NCBI GenBank assembly: GCA_024679065.1
Contig: JAGIQG010000009.1
Location: forward strand, 85,808,001 to 85,872,000
Direction: 5' to 3'
Length of the DNA stretch: 64,000 nucleotides
Source: Sphyrna mokarran
Lineage: Eukaryota
Shown: in pieces, positions 47,126 to 58,881 of the stretch
How positions within the stretch are numbered: position 1 is the first letter of the stretch
Layout: the number at the start of each line of letters is the position of its first letter
Notes under the pieces: model-generated
The model's database searches: none
Seen by the model: the letters and a program-made list of their open reading frames with translations, nothing else
What the model was told of the DNA's origin: nothing
Position numbers and translations under genes: made by a program

Positions 47126-47536
47126 GTGGAGAATTCTTCTGCACAGAGGGACAGTGGTTAATACAGGTGCCTCACAGCACCAGGAATTTGAGTCCAATTG
47201 CAAGCTTGGGTAACTGTGTGAGGTTTGCATATTACCTGCAGCTTCCAGATACTCTGATCTCCTCCCATGTTCCAAAAATTATGCAAGTTGGGTAGATTGA
47301 CCATAGTGAATGCATGGCGTTGCAGGGATGGGGTGGACTGCTCTTATGAGGGATCAGAGTGAAATCGATGGGCTGGGTGGCCCTCCTTCTGCCCTGAATC
47401 TATAATTAGCTGGAAATCTATTCCAGCTATGGTTATTCTATTGTCCTATCTGGAATGTGCAGGTCTCTGAACCCAATGGATTACATATCCCAGCTTTTTA
47501 ATAGAAAAACGACTGGAAATACACATCAGTTAAAAA

Positions 47537-48111
47537 CTGCTATAGTGATTAATGTAAACATCTAACGTCCAGCAATGACTTCTAATGGACTTAAAAGTAC
47601 TAATACCCAATGAGAACTCAGTGTTTATTACATCATCAGTATCCGGGTAAATTCTTTCTGTGCAGGTTACCTTCTGCTTTTAATTGAAACACTGACTGTC
47701 CAATAGGAAATGTCCAGGCAATATGGAGATCTCATTTCAGAGTCTCCATCAGGTTTCAGGGTTGGATTGCTGAGATTGAAGGGCAGAGTAGAGGCAGCTT
47801 CATTGCATCAAATCAAATGGAAACTAACGGAGTATTGTAATCCGAAATTCTATCCATTTGATAAAATCGTGTAATTGTTTATTGGCATGTATTAGTAAAA
47901 TACCTGGATTGAAATTAGAACTTTTAAAATGCTGGAATCTCCTACTGGACATACCATGGACATAAAGCTAAAGGGAGCCTGCAGGGAGTTTACCCCGATG
48001 ATGTTTTAAGCACCGAGTTCTCATTGGGTATTGGTCATTGGGTATTAGTAAATATACTGTGCATTAGACGTATTACTGGATATTAAATGTTCCAATTAAA
48101 CACTAGGGCAA
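47537..48111. mobile_element. MITE-like non-autonomous DNA element with ~140-bp imperfect terminal inverted repeats
   Basis: tactaatacccaatgagaactc (47598) versus gagttctcattgggtatt...gggtattagta (48016-48050); second copy at 36643-36990. Confidence 0.7.
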
Positions 48112-48537
48112 ACTATTTAGTATTTAAATCAAAGTGATGTCTGATAATTCCCCCTACCCTCCAAATCTTTTAAGTCCTGGGGTGATGAGCTTTTGTAGTG
48201 CGGCGGGTGAAAGGAGAAAAGTTGATAGGGAGTATTGGGGGTGGGGGATGTGGGGAGCTTCTTCACGCAGAGAGTGGTGGAAGTGTGGAATGAGCTGCCG
48301 GATAAAGTGGTAAATGTGGGGTCACTTCTAACATTTAAGAAAAACTTGGATGGGCTCATGGATGAGAGGGGCATGGAGGGATATAGTCCAAGTGCAGGTT
48401 AGTGGGACTAGGCAAAAAAATGGTTCAGCGCAGACAAGAAGGACTAAAAGGCCTATTTCTGAACTGTAATTTTCTATGGTTTCTGTGGGCGGTGTCCCTG
48501 TCTCTGAGTTCTGGTTCAAGTTCTACTTCAACATTTA

Positions 48538-49385
48538 GTCATAGAGGTTTACAGCAATAGGAACAGGCCCTTCGGCCCAGCTTGTCCATGCTGCCCTATT
48601 TCTTAAAACCCCTCAGCTAATCCCAATTCCCCACATTTGGCCGACATCTCTCTATACCCATCATATCCATGTAACTATCTAAATAATTTTTACTTTTCAA
48701 AATTGTATCCGCCTGTACTACTACCTTTTGTTCCAAACACTCACTGCTCTGTGAGAAAACTGCCTCTTTGGACACTTTTGTATCTCTCCCCTCTCACCTT
48801 AAACTATGCTGTCTAGTTTTAGATTCCCCTACCTTTGGGAAAAGGATGTTGACTATCTACCTTCTCTATGCCCCTCATTATTTTATAGACCTCTACAGGT
48901 CACCCCTAACCCTCCTACACTCCAGAGGAAAAAAGTCTGAGTCTATTCAGCCTCTCCTTATAACTCAATCCATCAAGTCACAGTAGCATCCTAGTAAATC
49001 ATTCTGCACTCTTTCCAATTTAATACTATCCTTTCTATAATAGGTTGACTAGAATTCACACAGTATTCCAAGTGTGGCCTTACCAATGTCTTGTACAACT
49101 TCAACAAGGTGTCGCAATTCCTGTATTCAACGTTCTGACCGATGAAACCAAGCATGCCTTCTTCACCATTCTGTCCACCTATGACTCCACTTTCAGGGAG
49201 CTATAAATGTGTACCCCTAGATCTCTTTGTTCTGTAACTCTCCCCAGTGCCATACCATTAATTGAGTAAGTCCTGGTCTGGTTCAATAAATCAAAATGCA
49301 TCACTTTGCATTTGTCTAAATTAAACTCCATCTGCCAATAGTCAACCCACTGGCCCAATTGATCAAGATCCTGTTGCAATTGGAA
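48538..49385 (-). mobile_element. CR1 3' fragment
   Basis: QDLDQLGQW...WQMEFNLDKC motif and tail. Confidence 0.82.
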
Positions 49386-49740
49386 ATAACTTCATGGCCA
49401 AGGAAGGTGTATTCACAGCATGGCCCCGGGATTTAATCCCCATTCTGACTAAGTTCGATTTGGGAACAGCCTCTTTATATTAACTATAATGGAGGACTGT
49501 GGACCGGACCTGCCCCTTTGGGCAGAGAATTCAGTTCAAAAGAAACACTGGAACATGGTCACCACTGAGCTTAGTTGTACTGGTAATAAGATCAGAACAA
49601 GGAGGAGCATTGGGTACTCTTTAAAAGCTCACAAGTGAAGGGGAATTTGTGTGACAAGACAAGGGCAACAGAGTTTTAGATGGCCTCAATAGTAGAATAT
49701 GAGACAACAGCCAGGGGAGACAGTCCTGTCGAAAAGTAGA

Positions 49741-52700
49741 CTCCCCTCATTCCCCCAGTCCCAGTGTGAAGCCCCCTCATTCCCCCAGTCCCAGTGTGAA
49801 GCCCCCTCATTCCCCAGTCCCAGTGTGAAACCCCCTCATTCCACCCAGTCCCAGTGTGAAGCCCCCTCATTCCCCCCAGCCAGTGTGAAGCCCCTCTTTC
49901 CCCCAGTCCCAGTGTGAAACCCCCTCTTTTCCCCAGTCCCAGTTGAAACCCCTCATTCCCCAGCCAGTGTGAACCCCTCATTCCCCCAGTCCCAGTGTGA
50001 ACCCCCTCTTCCCCCAGTCCAGGTGAAACCCCTCATTCCCCAGTCCCAGTGTGAGCCCTCATTCCCCCAGATCCAGTGTGAAGCCCCCTCATTCCCCCAG
50101 TCCAGAGTGTGAAACCCCCTCTTTCCCCAAGTCCCAGTGTGAAAGCCCCTCATTTCCCCAGTCCCCAGTGTGAAACCCCTTATTTCCCCCAGTCCCAGTG
50201 TGAAACCCCCTCATTCCCCCAGTCCCAGTGTGAAGCACCCTCATTCCCCCAGTCCCAGTGTGAAGACCCCTCATTCCCCCAGTCCCAGTGTGAAACCCCC
50301 TCTTTCCCCCAGTCCCAGTGTGAAACCCCCTCATTCCCCCCAGTCCCAGTGTGAAACCCCCTCTTTCCCCCAGTCCCAGTGTGAAACCCCCTCATTCCCC
50401 AGTCCCAGTGTGAAACCCCCTCTTTCCCCAGTCCAGTGTGAAACCCCCTCATTTCCCCAGTCCCCAGTGTGAAACCCCCTCTTTCCCCCAGTCCCAGTGT
50501 GAAACCCCCTCTTTCCCCCAGTCCCAGTGTGAAGCCCCTCATTCCCCCAGTCCCAGTGTGAAGCCCCCTCATTCCCCCAGTCCAGTGTGAAACCCCCTCA
50601 TTCCCCCAGTCCCATGTGAAACCCCCTCATTTCCCCAGTCCCAGTGTGAAACCCCCTCTTTCCCCCAGTCCCAGTGTGAAACCCCTCATTCCCCACCCAG
50701 TGTGAACCCCCTCATTCCCAGTCCAGTGTGAAGCCCCTTTTCCCCCAGTCCAGTGTGAAACCCCCTCATTCCCCAAGTCCAGGTGAAGCCCCCTCATTCC
50801 CCCAGTCCCAGGTGAAACCCCCTCTTTCCCCCAGTCCCAGTGTGAAAACCCCCTCATTCCCCCAGTCCCAGTGTGAAACCCCCTCATTCCCCCAGTCCCA
50901 GTGTGAAACCCCCTCCTTCCCCCAGTCCCAGGTGAAGCCCCTCATTCCCCCAGTCCCAGTGTGAAACCCCTCATTCCCCAGTCCCAGTGTGAAACCCCCT
51001 CTTCCCCAGTCCCAGTGTGAACCCCCTCATTCCCCCAGTCCCAGTGTGAAACCCCCTCATTTCCCCAGTCCCCAGTGTGAAACCCCCTCTTTCCCCCAGT
51101 CCCAGTGTGAAACCCCCTCATTCCCCCAGTCCCAGTGTGAAGCCCCCTCATTCCCCCAGTCCCAGTGTGAAGCCCCCTCTTTCCCCAGTCCCAGTGTGAA
51201 ACCCCCTCATTCCCCAGTCCCAGTGTGAAACCCCCTCTTTCCCCAGTCCCAGTGTGAAACCCCCTCATTCCCCCCAGTCCAGTGTGAAGCCCCCTCTTTC
51301 CCCCAGTCCCAGTGTGAAACCCCCTGTTTCCCCAGTCCAAGTGTGAAACCCCCTCATTCCCCCAGTCCCAGTGTGAAACCCCCTGTTTCCCCCAGTCCCA
51401 GTGTGAAACCCCCTCATTCCCCCCAGTCCCAGTGTGAAGCCCCATCATTCCCCCAGTTCCAGTGTGAAGCTCCCTCATTCCCCCAGTCCTCTTTTCCCCA
51501 GTCCCAGTGTGAAACCCCCTCATTCCCCAAGTCCCAGTGTGAAGCCCCCTCTTTCCTCCAGTCCCAGTGTGAAACCCCCTCTTTCCCCCAGCCCAGTGTG
51601 AAACCCCCTCATTCCCCCAGTCCAGTGTGAACCCCTCATTCCCCCAGTCCCAGTGTGAAGCCCCCTCATTTCCCCATCCCCATTGAAACCCCCTTCTTTC
51701 CCCCAGTCCCAGTGTGAAACCCCCTCATTCCCAGCCCAGTGTGAAACCCCCTCTTTCCCCCAGCCCAGTGTGAAACCCCTCATTCCCCAGTTCCAGTTGA
51801 AGCCCCCTCTTTCCCCCAGTCCCAGTGTGAAACCCCCTACCCCCCAGTCCCAGTGTGAAGCCCCCTCATTCCCCCAGTCCCAGTGTGAAGCCCCCTCATT
51901 CCCCCAGTCCCAGTGTGAAACCCCCTCTTTCCCCAGTCCCAGTGTGAAACCCCCTCATTCCCCCAGTCCCAGTGTGAAACCCCCTCATTCCCCAGTCCCA
52001 GTGTGAAACCCCCTCTTTCCCCCAGTCCCAGTGTGAAGCCCCCTCATTCCCCCAGTCCCAGTGTGAAACCCCCTCATTCCCCCCAGTCCCAGTGTGAAAC
52101 CCCCTCATTCCCCCAGTCCCAGTGTGAAGCACCCTCATTTCCCCATCCCCCAGTCCCATGTGAAACCCTCATTCCCCCAGTCCCAGTGTGAAACCCCCTC
52201 ATTCCCCAAGTCCAGTGTGAAACCCCCTCTTTCCCTCCAGTTCCCAGTGTGAAACCCCTCATTCCCCCAGTCCCAGTGTGAAGCCCCCTCTTCCCCCAGT
52301 CCCAGTGTGAACCCCCTCATTCCCCCCAGTCCAGTGTGAAACCCCCTCTTTCCCCCAGTCCCAGTGTGAACCCCCTCATTCCCCAGCCCAGTGGAAACCC
52401 CCTCATTTCCCAGCCCCAGTGTGAAGCCCCTCATTCCCCAGTCCCGTGTGAAGCCCCTCATTCCCCAGTAGTGTGAACCCCCTCATTCCCCCAGTCCCAG
52501 TGTGAAACCCCCTCATTCCCTCAGTTCCAGTGTGAAAGCCCCGTCATTTCCCTCGTCCCCAGTGTGAAACCCCCTCTTTCCCCCAGTACCAGTGTGAAAA
52601 ATTCTCATTCCCCACAGTCCCAGTGTGAAGCCCCCTCATTCCCCAGTCCCAGTGTGAAGCCCCCTCATTCCCTCAGTTCCAGTGTGAAGGCACCGTCATT

Positions 52701-52825
52701 TCCCCAGTCCCCATTGTGAAACCCCCACTTTCCTGCAGTCCCAGTGTGAAACACCCTCATTCCACAGTCTCAGTGTGAAACCACCTCATTCCCCCCAGTC
52801 CCAGTGTGAAGCCCCCTCATTCCCC
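49741..52825 (+). repeat. ~30-bp satellite, ~100 copies, unit CCCCCAGTCCCAGTGTGAAACCCCCTCATT
   Basis: Directly visible tandem array with A/G and CAT/CTT variants. Confidence 0.97.
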
Positions 52826-52925
52826 NNNNNNNNNNNNNNNNNNNNNNNNNNNNNNNNNNNNNNNNNNNNNNNNNNNNNNNNNNNNNNNNNNNNNNNNNNN
52901 NNNNNNNNNNNNNNNNNNNNNNNNN
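52826..52925. other. Assembly gap (100 N)
   Basis: Run of N. Confidence 1.
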
Positions 52926-53025
52926 TCTATGTTGTATTTAAAAAAATATTTCTCATATTCTATTCTTTCCACTGGTGAATAAACCTCATATCCTTCACAT
53001 TACTTCATCTGCCACCTTACTTAAG

Positions 53026-53450
53026 TCAGGTATGGCTCAGTGTTATAAATCTCACCTCTGAATCAGAGAATTCTATGCTCAATTCTCGCTTGATCAAGAC
53101 TGAGCCTCCAGGTGGTACTGAGGGAGTGCTGCGGTGCTGGGCTGTTGTCATCTTTGTGAAAAATTAAACCAAGCCTCAGTTTACTCTCTCAGAGGAATGT
53201 TAAAGATTCCATGGCACCAATCAAAGAAGAGCAGGGAAGGTATTCCTTGTGGCCTGGCCAATATTCATCCCACAATCAATACCATTAAAAAAATTTTGTC
53301 ATTATCAGATTGCTGTTTGTCGTCTCTTGCTGTGTGTATATCGGTTGCTACATCTTACAAACAATTACTAGACCTTAAAATGAGATAATTGGATGTAAAA
53401 TGTTTTGGGATGTCTCAGACATGAAGAGTGCTATTAGAAAACATGTCTGT
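53026..53450 (+). mobile_element. Ancient Deu-domain-type SINE (SacSINE/AmnSINE-like)
   Basis: ctcacctctgaatcag...tactgagggagtgctgc...aagaagagcaggg...tggcctggccaatatt pattern. Confidence 0.55.
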
Positions 53451-53804
53451 TTTTCTTATTGCACACTCACTTAACCTGTCTGTGTCTCTTGGTCACTATT
53501 AGTGTCCTCCTCACAGATTACATTCCACATTTTCCATGATAACACTTCTGTGAAACTATGTGAAAAGTCACATATAAATATATGTATTATAATCTGCCTG
53601 TCTCTCTACCATTTCTCATCCTTTTTATGTCATTCTTTCTCAGCCTCTCTTCCCTTTCCCTCGCGGGGTTGATGAGATTTGGATAAATACCATTGTACAT
53701 TGTGGCTCATGTGACTTCTGATGTCATTTTTGTGTAAATAAATAATTCAGGCAGTAGTTATTTTACACGCCACATAGTGTCAGATTTGTGGAACTGGAAC
53801 AGAA

Positions 53805-54150
53805 TCAGAGAATCCCTGCAGTGCAGAAAGAGGCCATTCAGCCCATTAAAATACACTGACTCTCTGACAGTGTCTTACTCAGCCCTTCCTCCCACACTTT
53901 TCCCTTAACCCCACTCATTTACCACGACCAATCCAGCTAACCACACATCTTTGGTCACTAAGGACAATTTAGCATGGCAAATCCACATAACCTGCACATC
54001 TTTGAACTGAGAGAAAACCAGAGCACATGGAGGAAATACATACAGTCACAGAGAAAGTGCAAACTCCACACAGATAGTGACTCAAGGCTGGAATTGAACT
54101 TTGGCACTGTGAGGCAGCAGTGCTAATCACTGTGACATGGTGCCATCATT
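53805..54150 (-). mobile_element. HE1/V-type SINE
   Basis: Reverse complement of the head (gtgaggcagcagtgctaa) and V core. Confidence 0.75.
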
Positions 54151-55099
54151 TTGGTGGGTGTAAGGAATAGCAGTGAATCATTAAAATTTCAATTTGCAGC
54201 ATTGTACAGGGCATTGACTGCTTGGTGAGTCAATGTGAATTTGAATATTCCAGTGTCTGCTCCTATGGAGATGAAGGGAGATTTGAGGGTGAATTGGAAA
54301 ACTCTTCCTCTCTCAATGACAGAGCTTGCCCCAGAATTGAACAATAATCTGAACAAATAAGATAGAAACTCAGTTAGCAATACTGTAAAGAGTGCCCAAA
54401 ACTTCGACAACCCGGAGGAGCAGAAAAAACAGAATGCACAAATTTAGGTGATCTGGAAGATAATTGTGAATTCTCTTTACTCATGTATTTATGAATGGTT
54501 TTCTCTTTATAACACTGGAGTTCAGAAGAGAGGAAACATATTGAGTCATAGAGGTTTACAACATTGAAACAGGCCCTTTGGCCCAAACTTGCCCATGCCG
54601 CTAAGCTAGTCCCAATTGCCCACATTTGGCACATATCCTTCCATACTTACGTTATCCATGTAACTATCTAAATGCTTTTTAAAAGGAAAAATTGTACCCG
54701 TCTCTACTAACCACTTCTGACAGCTTGTTCCAGACTTTCACCCTCTTATGAAAAATTTGTCCCTCTGGAACCTTTTGATCTCTCCCTCTCACCTTAAACT
54801 CTCTACCTTTAGACTTAGTTTCGGACTCTCCTATGGGAAAAGATGTTGATTATCTAATCTACCTATGTCATCATATTTTTTAGAATTTCTATAAGATCAT
54901 CCCTAAGCCTCCTACACTCCAGGGAAAACAGTCCCAGTCTATTCAGCCTGTCCTTATAACTTGAACTATCCAGTTCACGGGAAGCAGCATAGTAAATCTC
55001 TTCTGCACCTTTTGGTTTAAAATATCCCTTCTGTAGTCGGGTGACTAGATCTGTACACAGTTACATATGATCAGATGTGACTGTACTGAGATATTTTGC

Positions 55100-55860
55100 T
55101 GAGTGTTCAGAGTTTGAAGACTGAAGGATGATCTCATCAGAGTTCATGTTGTCTTTGGAACACGAGACTCGCTGTAAGTAGAAACTGCTGAGAAAGAGAG
55201 AAACTTACTTTCAAGGAAAACTATGATGTGCAGAAGCCGTAAGTAGCTAATCATCAGTTGAATAATATTGAGAAATGGAGGAATGACAGATTTTGCAATT
55301 CGCTGAGAGGCGCTTTAGGCTTTCCAAATAGGGAACAAACAAAGAGATAAAGATGACAAATTAAAGGGGCTAGCAGAAAAGATCAAGGGCCAGGCTATAG
55401 AACATAAATATTGTGGGGAAACACCACACAAAAACAAGGAAATATGTGCAGTGTGGGGGAAAGCAGTGCTGTATCTGCGAGAAGCTGGAATCACTTTGCA
55501 CACAAGTGTTTTGCTGGAAAGAAGATAAGAAACCTGGAAAGATCGTGTTAGGGTGGACATAAAATGGTGATCCGACTGTAGACTCAAGATCAAGTTGGCA
55601 TTGCGCAGTCTCAGGGTAAAAAAATAGATTTGTGTAAATTTGTAATGATGATTGCAAAAGGGTGTGAAGTTTCGCTAGACACTGAGATATTACAACATCA
55701 TGAGCTTCACAGAGGTCATGTGACGTTGCTCAAGATTGGGACCTGAAAAATGAAGCTATTGGAAAGTAAAGTTGAGGCGTATGTGATGGAAAGAGGACAA
55801 TCTGTACTGACAGCCCAATGCATAGGAAGAAAGAAGATCTACCAGTTTCAGACCATAGAC
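55100..55860 (+). mobile_element. Degraded Gypsy-type LTR retrotransposon gag(-protease) relic
   Basis: DDLIRVHVVFG (LIRDRIVxG-like) and double zinc knuckle KYCG...H...CAVWGK/QCCICEKL/NHFAHKC at 55406-55510, with frameshifts. Confidence 0.6.
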
Positions 55861-56639
55861 ACTCAGGAAAATACCCTAATCCCAGTAGAAATAAGTCAGA
55901 ACTTGGATTGGTAACCTTCCTCATATCAGAAAGAGATTTACATACTTTGATATTGGCACCAAATCCCTTAGACTGCTGAACACATGCTGATAAATTACAA
56001 AAATACACAGGTCAGAGGTCTCTAACTGCTGAACATTCATCCAAAAATCAATGAAAAATGTGAGGCCAACTCAGCATCTGCTGAGGAGAGAGTTCCAACT
56101 GTTCTATTGTCCAGTCTGAAAGACAAGGTAAAGGAGGTCAGAATGAAGTTGGAGACTCTCAAGCAAGATGGGCAAGAGAGAAAGATGCTGGAGGGCACAG
56201 TCAGCAAGTACAGCTCACTGAGGTTTAGATAAGTCAGCAAGAAAACACAAGGAATGTTATAGAACTTGATAATGTCAGCGAGGAGCCCGGCTCACATACA
56301 CAGAGAATGACAGTGGAACGGGACATGATTCTCAATAATGTCCACCAATCTTTAGGCCAGAATAACTTCCACAGAGGCTGATCCGAAGAGAAAGAGGACT
56401 AGAGAGGGAAACTAGGCACTGCACTGATGGTGGCCAGGCTCAGAGATGGAGTAGTGAAGGCTCTGAATGAGATCATTTCAGAATAGCTCTGAACCTGGAA
56501 TAAAGAGAATACGAGGTGTGAATAACAAGGATAAGTTGGGAAATCTTACTAAAGGGATTGACTGTGGATTGACAAAGGTTTACATTGAAAGGAAAATGTG
56601 CATGAATTGTAATAATTATTCATTCTGTCTGTACCGAAA

Positions 56640-58150
56640 CAAAAAGGTGGCGAAAGAAATTAGAGATAATATTAAAACAGAGAGATGTATAAATTATCAG
56701 GAAAAAAGCAATAAGGACTGAAGACTGGAGTATTTAGAATTCAGCAAAAGAGGAATCATATTTGATCAAGAGAGTGAAATGAAGTATGAGAGTAAAATTG
56801 CGGGAACTGAAGAATAAAGTCTACTGCTTGGAGGAGAACACAGAAACTGGCTCTAAATATGTGGAAAAGAAAAAGATTAGTAAACACAAAATATGGGTCC
56901 CTAGAGCCAGTAGCTGAGGAAAATTAATGGAAAACAAAGAAATGGCAAAGAAGTGGACACACTTTGGTTCTGTCTTCACAAAAGAGATCACAAATGTCTT
57001 CAAAAATGTTTGGGACCAAGAGTCTAGTGAGAAGGTAGAACGAAGGAAATCTGTATTATTAAGAAAACGGTGCTGGGAAATTAATGTGGTTAAAGGCTAA
57101 ACAAATCATAGGGCTGATAATCTGCATCCCAAGAAGATCCTGGAATTATTTGAAGCATTAACAGGTTATTCTAAAATTCTATAGACTCTGGAGCTGTTCC
57201 TAGAGACTGGAGGGTGGCAAAGTAACCCACTTTTAAAAAAGAGAGTGAGAGACAATAGGGAGAATTACTGACATCAGAAGTGGGAAGATGCTAGAGTCTA
57301 TTATGAAAAAACTTGATAACAGAAGAGTCAGAAAGCATTAATGGGATTGGGCAAAGCCATTCGTAAGGAAAACTCATGCTTAACAAATTGCTAGCGTTTT
57401 TGAGGATGTGACTAGTAGATTAGATAAAGAATATGATGTCTTTGGACTATCAAAGCTTTGATAAAGTCCTCATAAAAGGTTAGTGGGGAAAATTAAAGGT
57501 CGTGGGATATGGGTAATGTATTGGCATGGGTCAAGAATTGCTCGACAGACAGGAGACAGGAAGTGGGAATAAATGTATCTTCTCTGAGTGGCAGGCATCA
57601 ACTAGTAAGACGCCGCAGCAATCAGATCTTAATCCCAGCTGTTAACAATGTATATAAATCACCTGAATGAGGAGACAAATGGTAACAAGTTTGCTAAGAT
57701 ACAAAAACTGGATGGAATTTTGAAATGTGAGGGAGGATGCAAGGAGGCTTCAACGTAATTTAGACAAGTTGAGTGACAGGGGCAAACACATGGCTGATGC
57801 AGAATAATGTGGATAAATATGAAGTAATACACCTTGGTATGTGAAACAGAAAGAGTACAATTTACAAAGTGATATATTGAAAATGTGTGTGTACAAAATG
57901 GATTTGGGTGTCCTTGTACATTAGTCAATGAGAGTGGAGAGGCAAGTGCAGGAAGATATTCAGAAGGCAGTAGTATGTGACCTCATTGCAAAAGGGTTGT
58001 GAGTTCAGAAGTAGGGATGTCTAATGAAGTTATCCCAGGTCTTGATGAGACCACTTCTGTGATTGTGAGCAGTTTGGTCACCCTACCTAAGAAAGGATTA
58101 CTTGCCAAAGAGGGAGTGCAGCAGAAAGTTTTTAGGCTGATATGGGGGTT
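56640..58150 (+). mobile_element. Highly degraded CR1 ORF2 relic
   Basis: VPRDWRVA, KAFDKV and RPLL/FGHP-like remnants in collinear order. Confidence 0.7.
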
Positions 58151-58155
58151 GGTGG

Positions 58156-58880
58156 TGTTGTAATTTAAAATCTCTGATTCTTTGATCAGTTTGCTTACTC
58201 AATGGTTTTACCCTGGTGCCCTTATTTGCAAGGTGGACAAACGACAAACACAAGTAAAAGGTTCAACACAGTTTATTAACAATAACCAACTAACCCTTAA
58301 ATACCCACATAAAAACCAATGAGGATACCCCAAAATCAGATATACTACCGCAAAGTGTTTTGGTTAAAACTGCAGGCTCGATTCTCTGAGTCCCTCTGGT
58401 CAGTCGTCACGAAAGGTGAGTCTCGATGGCAGCTTCTTCCTTCTCTGGTCAGTCTCTGGGTGGTTAAGGGCCGCCTCCTCACAGAGACTTCCCCGCTGGA
58501 CTCTGAAAGTATGTTCCTTTATATCCTGCCTGCTTGCCTTTCCCCAGAAACTTCTTCGCTTTTGGCCCAATGAGGTCCCAGGAAGGGATTTTCAATACCC
58601 AGTGGGTTTCTTGATGTCTGCCATGACAGGACACCAGGGTCCGCCCCCCAGGTGACCATCTCCGTGCGCTGGCTTACATGTGACCTGTTATCAGATTAAA
58701 CCAACTTCAGAAACTCTCGCTGACAGAAAGTCTGGCTCAATCTGGGCTTCTAACAATAGGCGGTACATTCCATGGGGTACAATGATCTCTGCTAAGTACC
58801 AGTACAATGCAACACTTTGAGAGGAGTTTGATGAGTCAACACAGACAGGTTGTGAATTGTACAACTGGCCCACCTGAGGT
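58156..58880 (-). mobile_element. Putative LTR (minus strand), truncated by a CR1 insertion
   Basis: Starts TGTTG on the plus strand (=CAACA end); minus-strand AATAAA at 58272-58277 and TATAAA at ~58518-58523. Confidence 0.45.
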
Positions 58881-58881
58881 T

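Noticed and set aside
49680-49737. Possible small exon (ttttag|ATGGCCTCA...)
   Set aside because: No pyrimidine tract, weak donor, no recognisable homology and no partner exons
49741-52825. Array of V(D)J recombination signals (CACACTG on the minus strand resembles the heptamer)
   Set aside because: The heptamer is mismatched and there is no ACAAAAACC nonamer at 12 or 23 spacing
49676-52978. Pro/Ser-rich and Gly/His-rich ORFs
   Set aside because: Artefacts of the 30-bp satellite
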